64,000 bases of DNA from Lama guanicoe. Taxonomy: Eukaryota. Below the pieces are notes generated by a model that had not been told where the DNA came from, made no database searches, and worked only from the letters and a program-made list of their open reading frames with translations. The stretch is from positions 1,550,001 to 1,614,000 of the forward strand of contig MU054212.1 of NCBI GenBank assembly GCA_013239625.1, given 5' to 3'. A program made the position numbers and the translations under genes. Shown in pieces: positions 24,891 through 38,322 of this stretch. Positions within the stretch are counted from its first letter, which is position 1. Every line of letters starts with the position of its first letter.

Positions 24891-27329
24891 CATAAAGACT
24901 CCTTGGCGATCGTCTTTGCGGTAATTGGCCCCAGTTAACTTCTATGAAGTAGGGCAAAGAAAATAAATCCATCAAAGCTGACTGAGTAACAGAGAGAAGT
25001 GCCAGCTGAAAGCATTTTTGCCTCTTGATGCCTTCAAAAGCCAGGGAACTTAATCCTTGCCTTATGTTTCTTTCTTCGTGCCCAAAAGCCAGCCAAGCTC
25101 GTCACTAAACCAAGGGAGGTGAAGCAGGTCACTAAGTTTATAATGTAGTTGGTAACTGGTTTTCATTTTTTCTCTGCATCCTGGCAGCAGGAGATAGGCA
25201 GCTTGTTATAACTTAGAGGGGGCTCCTGGAAAGCTGCTTGCTGGGTGTATTTCTGTAGGCGTGGGCTCGCTGGGAATATTATTACCTCATGGAGTCACGG
25301 ATTTAATAGCATTTCTTCCACTTCATTCAGCACAGCACTGAGTTACAGTGACTCCGGCTTCAGCACATTACAGACACACATTGTTCCCCATAGCATCACA
25401 TCTTCAGGGTCCCATGTGGATCCCAGCCACGCTGCCTGCTGTCCGCACCACATGCGCCCCAGTCTCACACTTCCAGGTTTCTGGCCAGAGTGTCCTCGAC
25501 CTCCTTCCCCACTGAGCTGGTGTGCACCTCTCTCCCCACTCTTGCCCTCCCTTTCCTTCTACTCCCTCTGTGCTGTTGTAGTAACTGTCATTTTGGAGCA
25601 CCTGTCACATTCCAGACACTGTGCCTGGCGCTTCACACAAAATTTGTCATTTGAGGTGTTTCTGCATCTATCTGGTGGGTTAGGAGACTGTGACTCCGAG
25701 TGAATTGAGAGAGAAGTGATCTGCTTTCCCCGCTACTGCTTCTAGTCTTCAGACATTTCTTCCACGTGGAGGGAACTTCACCCCAATAACGCTCCTGCTG
25801 ACTCTTCATGCCCCTCTCTTAATCCTCCCAGAAGCGGAGATGAGTGATTTAATCTGATGGTGGGCTTGGCATTTCTGTAGTCCACGACCTATTCCCCTTT
25901 CCCCCCGGGAGCAAGGCTGCCTGTGAGAGCATGAATTCTGGTTTGTTTCCCATTCTGTACATTTCATGGGGCTGATTCTGCCCTTGAGCTGCAAGTCTGT
26001 GCAGTCTTGAGGTTCAGCAGAAGGAAAGCCCACTTGCCTACAGATAGAAAGCACAACCGCTACTCCTAACTGTAGGTGAAGTTTTCACCTCCCACCCCTC
26101 TTGGTTCAGAACCTTGATAAGTTCTTTATTGGGGCACCTTGAATGCCTAACACTCAGGAAAGTATTTCGTTGCTAAATGCAGAGCAGAGGGTTGGGGTTT
26201 GTTGAAATCCAACATCTGTTGATTCAAACTCAAATGATTTTTGTTGTTGTTGTTGTTGTTGTTGGTTTTGTTTTTTTAAGTTCAAAACCAACTTGCCCTG
26301 GTGTGGAGAATGTATGTTCTGGACTGGTGATCAGAATATATGAGCTCTGTTCTGGGCGCGGTGCCTTCCAGCTGCTCTGAGCTTTGGTTTCCCCATCTTG
26401 GTGTCTGTGATTCCAAGGTCAAGGGACCATGATCTAGAGGTGCCGTCAAGAGGTGATGCTCCTCTTTGTGCAAGAAAGAAGACCCCCATCCACTCAAAAC
26501 AAGCTGCTTTGTTTGACTCTCTCCTTGGCGAAACTCATGCTGTTCTCCAGAGCATTCTGAAAGCATTTCAGATCATTCATGGCAACGCTTGTCTAAGAAC
26601 CCCTCTTTCCCCTGCCACACTTAGGAGCAAGTCTGACCCCCTTTATTTGTTGTTCTACATCCTGAGTAGGGGACAGCCAGTATGTTAGGTTTATCATTTT
26701 GAGCCCAGAATTGGGACTCCTGGGCTGACAAACTTAGTTTCTTCTTGATTTGTGAGTTTGTTCTAAAGTTACTCACTTGTATCACAGTTATACATTTACT
26801 AATTTGGCCTTATTTGAAGAATGACATGATGTGGACTGTGAGGAAAGTGTGGAGCTTAAAGTCACCTAGAGAGAAGTATAGGAGGGTAGCAGGGGCATTG
26901 CTTCTACTCAGAGAGGACAAGACTAGGATACGGAGAAAGGGACGCAATGGACTTTTCCCAGTGTTATCCCTGCAGTCTTGCTCTTTACCCGGACCCTCAC
27001 CTTAGTTGTAGGACATTTTAGCACCATTTTAGGTTGTCATTTCCCTTGAAATGATTACTTGCTCCTCCAGGCCTTGATACGCCGAACACCACCTGTGCCA
27101 GACGCCATCTGTATGCCAAGTGACACCCGGCACATTCACCCCAGGTTCACCTCTCTGTGCCACAGAGGAGAGTCAGAATGGGCTTTGCCCTGAATTTGCA
27201 GGAGAGAGAGGAGCTGGAGTGGAATGTGATTGATGAGATGCATGCTGGTTTTAATGCTAATTCTAGAAACTTGGTAAATAAGAGTCTATTTGTTCTTCAT
27301 CTCTTTTCCTTGGTAAACTCATCCCTTCT

Positions 27330-28368
27330 ATGTAGTGATAATTCCAAAATATGTGTCCCTAGCTTGGACCCCTCCTCCAAGTTGTAGATGCATCTCTCTC
27401 TGTCTCTCTTATCTACCTATGATGTATATGTATGTATATTTATATCTCATTGCCTCCGAATCAGAAGGAAACACTTGGATGCCCAACAGGTATCCCAACT
27501 TAGCATTTCCCAAACTGAGCTCCAGATTCTCTCCTCCTAGATCTGTTCTTTTTCAGCCTTCCCCAGCTCAGTAAGTGGCATCTTTCCAGTTTGGTCCACC
27601 TTGGACCAAACCTTGGATTGATCTTTGACTCCTCTTTCTCTTGCATCGCATGTCTGATCTGTCGGCCATTTGTGTCCCCTGCCTTCAGATTCTCTCCAGG
27701 TTTTGACCATTCCCCACCACTTTCACTGTACCGCCTTGCTCCCAGCTGCCTCCCTCGCTTGCCTGGAATTATGTAGTAGCTCTTAGTGGGTCTCCCTGCC
27801 TTTTTTTTTTTTTTTTGCCCCTTCCCATCTATCCTCAGCCCAGAAGCTCGTGTGATCTTGTTAAAATGCATTCATGTCGTTCTGCCCAAAACCTTCCAGT
27901 GACCATATAGGTCAGTCAGTCCTCTAAGATGCCACCATTCCTTCTCTTCTTTCATTGCCTTCTTGTTCCGCTTCTGCCGTGTTGGTGCCTTTGCCTTTCC
28001 TTGAACATGTGAGGCAGGCTCTCACCTTGGAATCTGTGCACTTACTCTGTGCTCTGGGTGCTCTCTTCCTCTGAGTCCGTGTGGCTTGCTCCCCACCTCT
28101 GGCAGGTCTTTGCACACTTTTGAGAGCCCCTCTGGCTATTCTTCTAAAATTGCACCCTCACCACCAACGCATCCCCACCGCCGACTCTGCTTCATGTCCT
28201 TAGCCCTTATCACTATTTAATATATTCTTATGTGCTCTTTATTTGTACTGTCTCCTCCATGAGAGTGTAAGCTCCATTTGGACAGGATTGCCTTGATTTT
28301 CTTCCCAGCTTTATCCCCAGCAGTTAGAGCTGGGTGCTCAATAAATACTTGTTGAATGAATGAATGAG
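27330..28368 (+). mobile_element. L2 (L2a-like) LINE 3' portion
   Basis: cacttggatgcccaacaggtatcccaacttagcatttcccaaactgagctc...ttgactcctctttctc...gagagtgtaagctccat...tgctcaataaatacttgttgaatgaatgaatga terminus. Confidence 0.88.
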
Positions 28369-29459
28369 ATGACGAGAAGGATGCAAGAACCTCTCCTCAG
28401 ATGGGCCTCATGGATGTTGAGCAGACAACAAATTATTTGAAAAACAGGGCATGGTGTGCTTGTGGTGATAGGAAGTCACTCAAAACAGCTATGTTCTGAT
28501 ACCAGAAATTATATTATTAGAGGTTTATTTTTCTGCTTAGACTTACTATTTAACCTCATTTGATCAATCACTTTTTTACTGTGTAATTGCCATGTCACAG
28601 TGTTGGGAGCTGAGGGTACAAATATGGTCCATGTTCTTGTGTCGAGTAAGACTAAGGTGAGAAATTTAAATATAAGTAGATCATTTCAATGCAGAGTGGT
28701 GAGTAAATGCTGAACTGAAGCATATCATTTGGGGTAAGTAATTTAGGTTTCATTAGTCATTTTCACCTTAGCTTTTTTTCACCACTATTTTGATTGGCAG
28801 GGATAGAAGGGAGAAATTATATGCATTTACTCAAGAAGCACACCGAAAATAAGAGGCTTTGGGAAAAAGTAATTGAGGACAATCATTGTTAAATAATATT
28901 TTGATGACCTGTCCTCCTCTATTAAGAACTTTCTGTTTCATTTAAATACTCAGTGCCAAGTAAATTCTCTCTGCAAAGGGAGGTTAATAAAATCTTCCTT
29001 TCATGAAAGGAATAGTGAGTGCACAGTATGACTGGATGACCCTCAAGTCTTCACCTTGATCTGTGCAAATAACCAACAGCTCATTGTAACAAAACTCTGG
29101 TCCTTGTGGTGCCATTTGGAGGTGTGGCTGCCCACCACTCTGTGCAACTTGAGAACCTGAAATTCTGCTGCAGTTGTAGGCTGGGTACACTGAGGTCAGG
29201 GAAACTTCTAAGCAAAATCAGAAGTATTTCTGTAACCTGGGACTTTAAGCAATGACGATGATTTGCTGAGAGCTAAACAACCTTTATGCAGTTCACTCTA
29301 TTTTTCTAAAAAGTTACCTCGAGCTCGAATGCTTAACCATCCTTCAAGTGCCAGAGGTTATTTTTCTAGAAAGAATTCCCTGGCATTTTCCCCACATCCG
29401 GTCTGGATCACATGAGCCCCTTCTGTGGGCCTACAGCATCCTAAATTTCCTTTACTACA

Positions 29460-30140
29460 GCTTATGCAGAGTTAGCCAAGCTTTGCAGATTGAGTGCAGT
29501 TCTCCAGACTGTCAAGACTGCCCAAGACTTTTGACACCAGCTCCAAGTGCCCCAGGGACACCTTCACTTCAGCCAGCTGGGTGCAAACTTGGGGGTCCCC
29601 ATAGACTTTGAAAACCCACTGGAAAGACTCACAGACTTCACTGACAGCACTATACTTAACCAGCCAAAAGAAGAGACACGCAGGGAGAAGTTTGGAAGTG
29701 TTCCAAACACCAAGCTTCCGCTGTCCTTAGGGATGTGTTCTCTTCCTGGCACATCCACAGGTAACAATACGCAGAGTACTGCCAACCGGAGAAGTTCACC
29801 CAAGCTTCAGTGTCCCAGTTTCAACTGAAGCTTCATTACCCAGGCGTGATTGATTGGTCACTGGCTTGGGGTTGAACTCAATCTCCAGCCCTGTTCCCTT
29901 CCCTTCCTCAGGGGTCAGGCTGGTATCACGTGGATCAAGCCCCATCCCTCCAATCACATTGTCGGGCTTCCTGGACTGGGCATCCCCCATCCTGAGCCAT
30001 CTGTCAGCACTAACTTTCAGGTGTGGTTGGGGAGAGTCAGCAGGAATAACATTCCTACTACTGGGAAATCCCACGGGTTTACAGGTTCTCTCCCAGGATC
30101 TGGGGATAAAGGCCAGCCCAGTTCTTTCATTACCACCAAT
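29460..30140 (-). mobile_element. MER21-like LTR inserted in an L2 fragment
   Basis: acttttgacaccagctccaag, aaacttgggggtcccca, ctggaaagactcacagacttcactg, cattacccaggcgtgattgattggtcactgg. L2-like sequence on both sides. Confidence 0.75.
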
Positions 30141-32519
30141 CCCTGTCATGCTGTATTTATGGCTGCATGTTTATCTGTCTCCCTCATTCTCTTCCTGAGG
30201 GAAGGGAGTATGCTGCCTTGTTCATCATTGCTTTTGCACTTGACACAAAGTAGGTGCTCAAAAAATAGTTGCTGTATAATTGAGCAACACACTGCATTGT
30301 TAAATTGACCTTATTCTGGCATTAATTCTAAACCATTACCAAAAGGGAGTTGTTAAAATCCTAAGGCATGGTTCGCTAAGGTGGTTGTCCTCGTCTGACT
30401 TCTCTTTGTGCTTTGCTTCCCTTTAGCCTCCAGATTTTCTCCTGTATCTCATGCCAGTCCACTCCTCACACTGTCCAAGGCAGTTCAAGTCTGAGTAATG
30501 GCTCTCCTACGCTGAGATTGATATACTTCATGCAGTGTGGGAATGAACAAAGTCTCCATCAGCTGTATCCCTGTAGCTCTAGCTCCCAGCTACTGCACAG
30601 ATCCTGGCAAATGCTGGAAAAGAATCAAGTTTCCTTTCTTAAGTACTTGCTCATGAGAAGCCATCTGCTTTGGTTGTTTTAATTCATTCTGCTGCGGTGG
30701 TCTGGCTAAAGTGGGATGACACGGTAGAGGGGTTTCAACTGTCCAGACTTAACTTGATATGAAAGCTATTTCCAGGCTAAGTTATGAAGCAGTCACTTTG
30801 TAAGGCAAAAAATCTTTCTTCTTCTTTATGACTCAAAGCACCTTTATTCTGTGATTACCTTTTATGTTGCGTTATTAACTATCTCCCTGACTACCTAAAG
30901 CATGCCTTCCCACTGGCTATGCTAGTCTAAGGTTTTATTTTTAACCTTTTTATGCCTGCTGCTCTGTTGAATGTTATGGTGAAGTTAACAGTAGGACATG
31001 GCAGGGGGCACTGGACTTGGAAGAGGCGAGGAAAGCAAACCATCCCTTGGAGGGTCCATGCAAGGGAAGGAAGAATTGCTGGCAGCCATGAATAGAAGGT
31101 GATTCTCCTGCTCCAGCAGTGGCTCCTGACGTGCTCCTTGTAAGAGTTTTGTTGTGCCAGCAGTGACGCGGTGTCAGTCAGCTTGCCAGCTTCCGAGCAC
31201 ACATTCTTCTCTGGTGCTAGACTTGCCCGTGTGTCCAGGAGACGTTGGAGAAGCCGGTGGTGGGTAGAGGCAGGTTCATTTAGGTAGAATACAAAGCTGC
31301 AGCCCTACGAAGAGTTAAGATAGTGTAAAAATGCTTAAATATTCCATAACCTTTTCAGAAATTCGAGAAAGTGAAGATGAGCAAAAGATGTTCTTATCCT
31401 TATAAAACACTGTAAAATATATGAAAAGGCCATTGCTTTTATCCAAGGTCAGAAATGTTCAAAGTCCAACTCTTGGAGAACCCGTGATGTGAGAGACAGC
31501 GGTGGTACTTTTCTTCTGAAAAACGTCCCTTTTTCTTCTCTTCATCCTGTGACAGAGAACAATACGAGCATGGAGACAATGGGGCAGGCTTGTGGCTTGT
31601 ATAGGGAGCGTGCTGCTGGCTTGTGGAGTGAACCTGAGGGATGGCAGCTCTGTGAGAGGTGGGGTGGAGGGGAGCCCGGGCCCCCTCCAGCTCCAACCCC
31701 TGATGCAAAGGCTGGCTTGCTATCCTGTGTGTGGAGTAACAGTGACATCCTGTGGCCGGTCTGGTTGATCTAAGTGGCTCCTTTATAGAGAAGGAAGACC
31801 ATTTTGTCTGCACTGAAAGGGGAGCCCTAGATGGCCCCATCTTGAGATGAGACACAGAAGAGGGAAGGCAGGCTTCCCACAGCTGGCTTTCCCGCGCCTC
31901 CCTCTCGGCCACTGTCTCTGATTGAGGTGGGGGAGATTCTTGGGACCGAGCTGGTGTCTATTTTCATGCTTGATCAACTTAAATGTTACCATTTGAGTGT
32001 TGAGTGAACCATAATAATAACCATGAGCACAGTGTGAGAACATAGTGGCAAGAAAGAGAAGCACTTTTCCTCTTTTTAAGGCATCCCGGAGGACTAATGC
32101 AGAATACTCTGTTACTCAGAAACGCCTAAACTGCTTGACATTTAGCTGCTGCTGCTGCTTCTCCTTCTTCTTGTTTTTGTTTTTAGTTGTGGATGAAATA
32201 AATTTATTTTGACCTTACTTAAGGAGGAAGAGGGCTGGGGAAGAAAACAACTCTGGTCTTCAGTTATTCTGACATTCCTGGGAGCCCCCCGCAGTGTTGG
32301 ATGGAGGTGGGACCCCCGCACACCTGGTGTTGGGTGTGATGGAAGCAGCGAGTGTGAGGCTTCAGGTCCCTGGTGTGGGTGTAAGCTCACAAACTCATTC
32401 TCCGTGGGGATGCCCAGCGCCACATGGTTTCTGTTGAAAGAGGCTGCTGCCTTGAGACACACTTGACCATGGCCCTTTCCTAGGGGCCCCCACTGCCACT
32501 GCTCAGAGGGTAATGCAAA

Positions 32520-32745
32520 GGGAGCTTGGAAGGTAATGGTTTAAGCTCCGGAGCACACAGACCTGGGTTTCTTGCACTTGCTGGCTCTGTGACCTTGGCA
32601 AATTCCTTAACTGCCAGGACTCACACTTTTCTCAACAGCAGAAAGGGGTTAGTAAGACGCACCCCTTCATGGGGTGCAGGGATGAATCCGTGGGATAAGG
32701 CAGGGTGACCACCCACGGACATGCTGGGACACAGTTAGACCCGCA
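32520..32745 (+). mobile_element. MIR SINE
   Basis: cagacctgggttt...gctggctctgtgaccttggcaaattccttaac. Confidence 0.7.
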
Positions 32746-32906
32746 TGAGGAGCTGTTGGGTTGATACTGCTGCCCCCCAGGTCTGTGCTCTGGGCTGAAG
32801 GCAGTTTGATAGGAGGGCTCCCCGCCCCCACTTCACCGAGAGCCAGCCAAAGGTCTCTGCAGTTGTCCAGGGCGGCAGGTTTGGGTTGAGGGCAGGAGGA
32901 AGTGAG

Positions 32907-33495
32907 AAGTGTGTGTGTATGTGTATGGTAGGGCTGGGTCGCTGGGGTTTGTGGGGAGTGTGTGTGTGTTGTGTGTGAGGTGTGTGTGTGTGGTATGTGA
33001 AGTGTGTGTATGTAGTGGTGAGGTATGTGTATATGGTGGGAGTATATGTGTGGTGTGTATTTTTGTGTGTATGTAGTGTGTGTGAAGTGTGTGTGGTGTC
33101 TGGTGTGTGTGTATGGTGGTGTGTATGTGTGTGTAGTGTGAGTGGTATGTGTATGTGTGTTATGTCTGTTTTCATGTGTATGTGGTGTACTGTGGTGTGG
33201 CTGGTGTGTGTGTGGGGTGTATGTATATGTTATGTGTGTGATGTGTGTATTTGGTATAATGTATGTACGTGTGCATGTGCAGTGTGTGGTGTATGTATAT
33301 GTGTGGTGTGTGGTGTATATGTGGCGTGTGTGTGTGTAGCGTGTGTGGTGTATATGTGGGGTGTGTGTGTATGTGGTGTAGTGTGTGTGTATTTCTGCAT
33401 GTGCGGTGTATGGTGTATGTATGTATATGTGTGGGGTGTGTGGGGGGTGTGTATGTGATGCGGTGTGTGTGCTGTGTGCAGTGCCTGTGTGTGCC
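32907..33495. repeat. Long degenerate TG-rich simple-repeat array
   Basis: About 590 bp of interleaved TG, TGG and TATG units. Explains the V/C-rich and H/T-rich spurious ORFs. Confidence 0.95.
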
Positions 33496-35119
33496 TGTCA
33501 CACATCTTCATTGACCCGTCTTGCCGCAGCGCAGCGTGGGCAGTTTGCCACAGCAGAGTGAGATGTGAGGGCTGCCCAGAGGTGATCTACGACTCTTAGG
33601 AGAGGAAAAGAAGAAACAAAGAGGCAAGGAACAGGGGTTAGGAAGCCAAGAAAATGCCAATAAAGGAAGAAAATGGAGAGGATTAGTGGAAAGTAAGACT
33701 TTCAGCATTGTGTATTCTCCTAGGCCATTTTAAAGTTCTCCAAAATCATGATAACTTAATTCCTGTGTCAATAACGGTTTCACATACTTTTTGTTGAGTG
33801 GCAGAAAAAAGGGCAAGGCCAAGTTTCCTCCCACAGGGCAAAAATCTTGCAATTTTAGTCCTTAGGTGACTTAACTGAGAGCATGAAAAAGATGGCTTGA
33901 AGCTATTCGGATCTCTTTCCTAGCTGATCAGCCAATTGCTGGGGGAGGGGAGTGATAATTTCTCACTCTCTTCCTAAGACAGAGATGACTTCCTGCCTAT
34001 TTCTTAAGTTTCTTTTTTCCTCCTCCTCCTTCTCATCTCCTCTCTCTGTTTCTTCCTTTCTTCGTGTCTCCCAATCTAGGGGATGACTCAGTCTGCACGA
34101 ATGGCGTTTACTGACTTTGTCTTGAAAATGTTTGTCTTCCAATCTCACAAATTTTTTTCTGCCTTTGGGCAGCCACCCTGTTTTACAAGCTTCATTCAAG
34201 TCTCAACTTTTTCTAAGTGACAGATGGATTTCCCACATCCTGGCTGTAAAAGAAAACCAACTTGTTTGAAGATAGATTCACTTAGGTGTTGATAATCATA
34301 AAGGGAAAATAATGTCATAGGATCTATTGGAGACAGAGTATGAAGTTACTGCACTTGTGATCGCTGGGGAAACAACACAAGCTGAAGTCTTTAGGAGGTA
34401 TTTGAAAGGCATCTTGGCTTGGAGTTCTGACTGTAGTGATGAGAAGCAGAGAAATAAAGCAAACCAAATTTTTCCTTGCTTGGATAGAGGTTTGTTTATC
34501 CTGATCATGTGAAGTCTGAGCCAGAAATCCCAATGATTTTGACCGCCCCTCAGTGTTCCTCTGCACTTGGGCAGAGAAGCTGCTGAGATGGGCCAGTTTG
34601 TACATGTGACGCACAGGACAGAGCTCTCTTTTGGGAAACAAATTCTTGACATTTCTGATTATACAAATAACAAAGCTAATGACACGTCATATTTATTTGT
34701 GAAGACACATTAAGCCCAGCTTTATACACTAATATTTATACTTTCAAGTATATGGCCTAGAAGAGTGGATGCAATCCAGGGAGTCCCTTCATGTAATCAG
34801 TTTATGCCCATATGGAAAGCTCCAGGCAGCCTGGGGACGGTGCTCACACAATCCACTTGGCACGGTTCCCCTTACCCTCCCTTCCATTCTGTGCTTTTCC
34901 TCCTCCTCACCACACTGCTGTTTCTCCAGTTTAATGAAGAGAGAGAGGGCTGGAAAGTCACTGGTGGGTGGGTGGCCTCTATGATTTTCCATTCCCTCCT
35001 CCTTGCCTCTCTCCTTCTGCAAAGGTCGAGCTCATATCAGAAGGAATGGAAGTGTTTCCCTCTCATATTAGGTCCAGATAAACAGTGTTCTAACTTGTCT
35101 CCTGAGCATCAGTAGAGGT

Positions 35120-35700
35120 GTTTTTGATTCCAAGGGACAGAAACCCCAATTCCCACTGGGCTAAACATTAAATGAAATTTTTGGGCTCCTATATTTGCAG
35201 TTTGTAAGTAGGGGATCTTCAATGTGTCTCCAGAGGTCCAGTAGTATAAACCAGAACCCATTTCTTTCCTTCTTTCTGCTCTACCCCCTACATTATCAAC
35301 TTCAACTTAAGGCTGGCTCCCCTCATGCTCACAAAATGGCTGCCAATGTCATTGGAGTGGTTATATACCTCCCGATACATGGAGAAAGAGCATGGAATAG
35401 GGGGGACAAGAAACAAAGTGTGCATGCATACACAATCAAGTTTTTTCTTCTCCTCCTCTCTCTCCCTCCTCTTCCCCATCCCCTCACCCTTCTTCTTTCC
35501 TTCTTCTTCTTCCTCTCCCTTCCCCCTCGTCCCCTCCTTCTCTCTCCCCCGTCCTTCTTCTCTCTCTTTCCAGTAAAAATCTTGGAAATACATCCCAGGT
35601 ATCTTTCTGGTTGAATACACTTAGGTTCTGTACCTGTCCTGAGCTAACTGCTGAATTGCTATGCCAGGGAATATCAGGTGCTTATTGGTTTCTGCCAAAA
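35120..35700 (-). mobile_element. Old MaLR LTR (MLT1J/K-like) with an internal CT-rich tract (about 35440-35575)
   Basis: ccaagggacagaaaccccaattcccactgggctaaacattaaatgaaatttttggctc; aaaatggctgcc. Confidence 0.55.
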
Positions 35701-37798
35701 GGACCTACAGGAGCTGGGGGAGAACGGAGGTATGTAAAAAAAGCAAGGTGGCTCAAATGACATGCTGTTACTCAATGTGGAAGGGATTTCCGCTGCTTCT
35801 TCTAATTCTATCTTTACAAACTGTTTCATTGTCATCACCTGTGAGGACCCATTTGTCTGGAATGTACATCATACTAGGATTGACTTTATGAAGTCAGCCA
35901 CCTGTATTGTTGGTTATTTGAACTATGTCCACAGAGTCTCCATGTCCCCTTGAGGGCATTTCTGTGCATTTTTGGTGTCCTGTGGGCAGAGCCACAGAAA
36001 CTCAGTGGAAGGATTGAAGATAGTGCTTCACTGGGTCACTTAGCTGTGGTAACTTCTTCCTGGAATAGAACCATCACTGGGACTGAGGCTGTGTAGAGTC
36101 TGGTAGGTGGATGAAGCTGTATATGCCAGGTGTTGGAAGCTTGAGCTAAATGAGTTCATCCTGTTCTGGAGGATCTTCTTGAGATCTGGACCATTGGCAG
36201 AGCCAAGTGTCTTTAGATAGTGTGCTTCTACAGCTGAGTTGGATATTTCATCACCCCTTTCCCTCCTTCCCCTTCCATTACTTTTTTTTTTTTTTCACCA
36301 GAGGAGGAAATCAATCCACTGGCACTTCTGTGCTCAAACGGGTTTGGTTACAAAACTTGTAAGCAAACCAGGAATTGCATCTACTTCCCGCTGGGAAGAA
36401 CAGAGAGGCAGAAGAATTCTAGAACCAACATTAAAAAACAAAAAACAAAAACAAAAACAAAAACCCACCAATTCTCATCTGATTATTTACACCAGTTTAC
36501 TTATGAAGCAAGTGATAAGTGTCAGGTTAAATTCCCACTCCCATTGGAAGGGTGGTGGTAGTGGTTTGGAAGTGCTTGAAAAGAGATGTGCCTGTCAAAT
36601 GCTAGTGATGTTAACTGCTTGGCAGTCAAATGGAGAGAACACTAGGTCTTGTCAGCTGCTGTGAGATGCTCTAGCATTAAGTGAAAGGGTGTGGATTCAA
36701 TACCATTGAAGTCTGACCATCATTTCCTACCTTCACCACTGGTGAAAATTGAGAAGAGACGCAGGACATGAGCACAGCTTTTCCACCTGGAGAGCAAGAA
36801 GAGACCTGGGGGAGACCAGTGTCCACCACACCCCAATTCAGGGAACAAGCTTGCATCATCTCCATGGCAACTGCTGGACACCCCAGGGTTCATGTGCTCG
36901 TGTAAGGCAGGTTATTGGGGTGAAAGGTGCTAGGGCTTGAAGGGGCGCCAGATTCCTCAAGTCTGACAGGTGAAGACTGATTCATTCATTTTCCTTATGA
37001 GAGCAAGCAAACTTGGACTTGGGTCTCTTACTTCTTGGAGTTCTGATCTGTTCTCATGCAAATGAATGGATTCCATTCTAAGCTGACTTACCTCTTTTGA
37101 GATTTCTCTTGACAAACAGTCTCCTTTTGCTTTATACATTCTTTCCATAGCAATATTCATATATTTAATCACTTGTGCAAGCTTGATGCAATTCTGTTTC
37201 TTTAAGATGAATTTGCTTACCCTTGTTCTTATGTATTATAGGTGGTTTTTCCAGTTGAACTATTGAAGGTAATTTTCTTTCTGAGATCTTTGTAGGGGTC
37301 ACCTTATTTTTGACCTTCCTGTCTATCCTTGACCATTGCCTTTTTCTTCTCTAGTTCCCATCACATTACTTCCCCTTGGCTTCCCTTTAAATCTTCTCCA
37401 CCAGCTTAACCTCCATGACCCACTTCATTGGGTAGATCAGTGGAATGCCCCCCAGCCAGGCACGTGCTCCAGTCCTAGCCATACCAGAGAGGGCTGGTGA
37501 GAGATGCCGCCTGTAGTGAGCCTTGCCTAGAGGACCCTCACAGGTGAAGTTGAGAAGCTAAGGCTCCCCTCTGCTCCAGGTATTTCCTCCCTTCTCTCCC
37601 ATGGTTCAGTATGCTTTCCCCTGGACCCCTGTCCCTTCAGTACTTTCTCTCTGGTCTTCCTTCTGTCTACTTCTGCACTACAACTTTCCCTTTCAGTGGC
37701 TGGCAAAGTGTGGTTAAGTTTGTCTTAGAGGAAAGTACAGACCTTCCCCTCAAAAGGCTCTCTGTGGGCAACATCCTGATCCGACTAGTGGTGCTGAG

Positions 37799-38322
37799 GG
37801 TAAAGGGAACCACAAAAAAGCCACCCCAGGATATGCCTAAGGATTGTTTTGAGCTAAAGACAACTGAGAACCAGCAGATGCAGGAAAAGCTCCCTAAATG
37901 CCTGAAAATAAAGTATACATTTCCTCTTTTGTAAAGGACATTTTCATTTATAAAGGAAATTTCCATTTATAAAGATAGCTCAGAGAGCTACTCCCCAGAG
38001 ACAGCTCTGATCACCTGAGCGACTCTTATCTGCAAGACAGAGAACCCTTATTTACCATACCTTTCCTTTGCTCCTTTGCCATAATAACTTACCTCCACCA
38101 CCTAGAGGCCCACTGACTTTTCCTTTGTTTAGTCTAGGATGGTATATAAATCTCAGTCATCCGGCTGCCTCCTTGAATCTCATTTCTTTGTGAAACTCCT
38201 GCATGTAAGTACCTAATGACACCTTCCCCCCAACTCTTTTTAATCTGTCTTTTTTTCAATTTGATTCTCAGGCACCCATTGTTGAATCTAGAAGGGTAGG
38301 AGAGAGATTTTCCTTTCCTACA
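37799..38322 (+). mobile_element. ERV1 solo LTR (MER90/MER34-group-like)
   Basis: gccaccccaggatatgcctaaggattgttttgagctaaagacaactgagaaccagcagatgcagg; TATA-like gtatataaa at about 38142; ends ttttcctttcctaCA. Confidence 0.75.

Noticed and set aside
32735..33514. Overlapping Cys/Val-rich and His/Thr-rich ORFs
   Set aside because: These are translations of the TG-rich simple repeat.
36858..36871. RFX X-box-like atctccatggcaac
   Set aside because: A single imperfect motif without supporting context.
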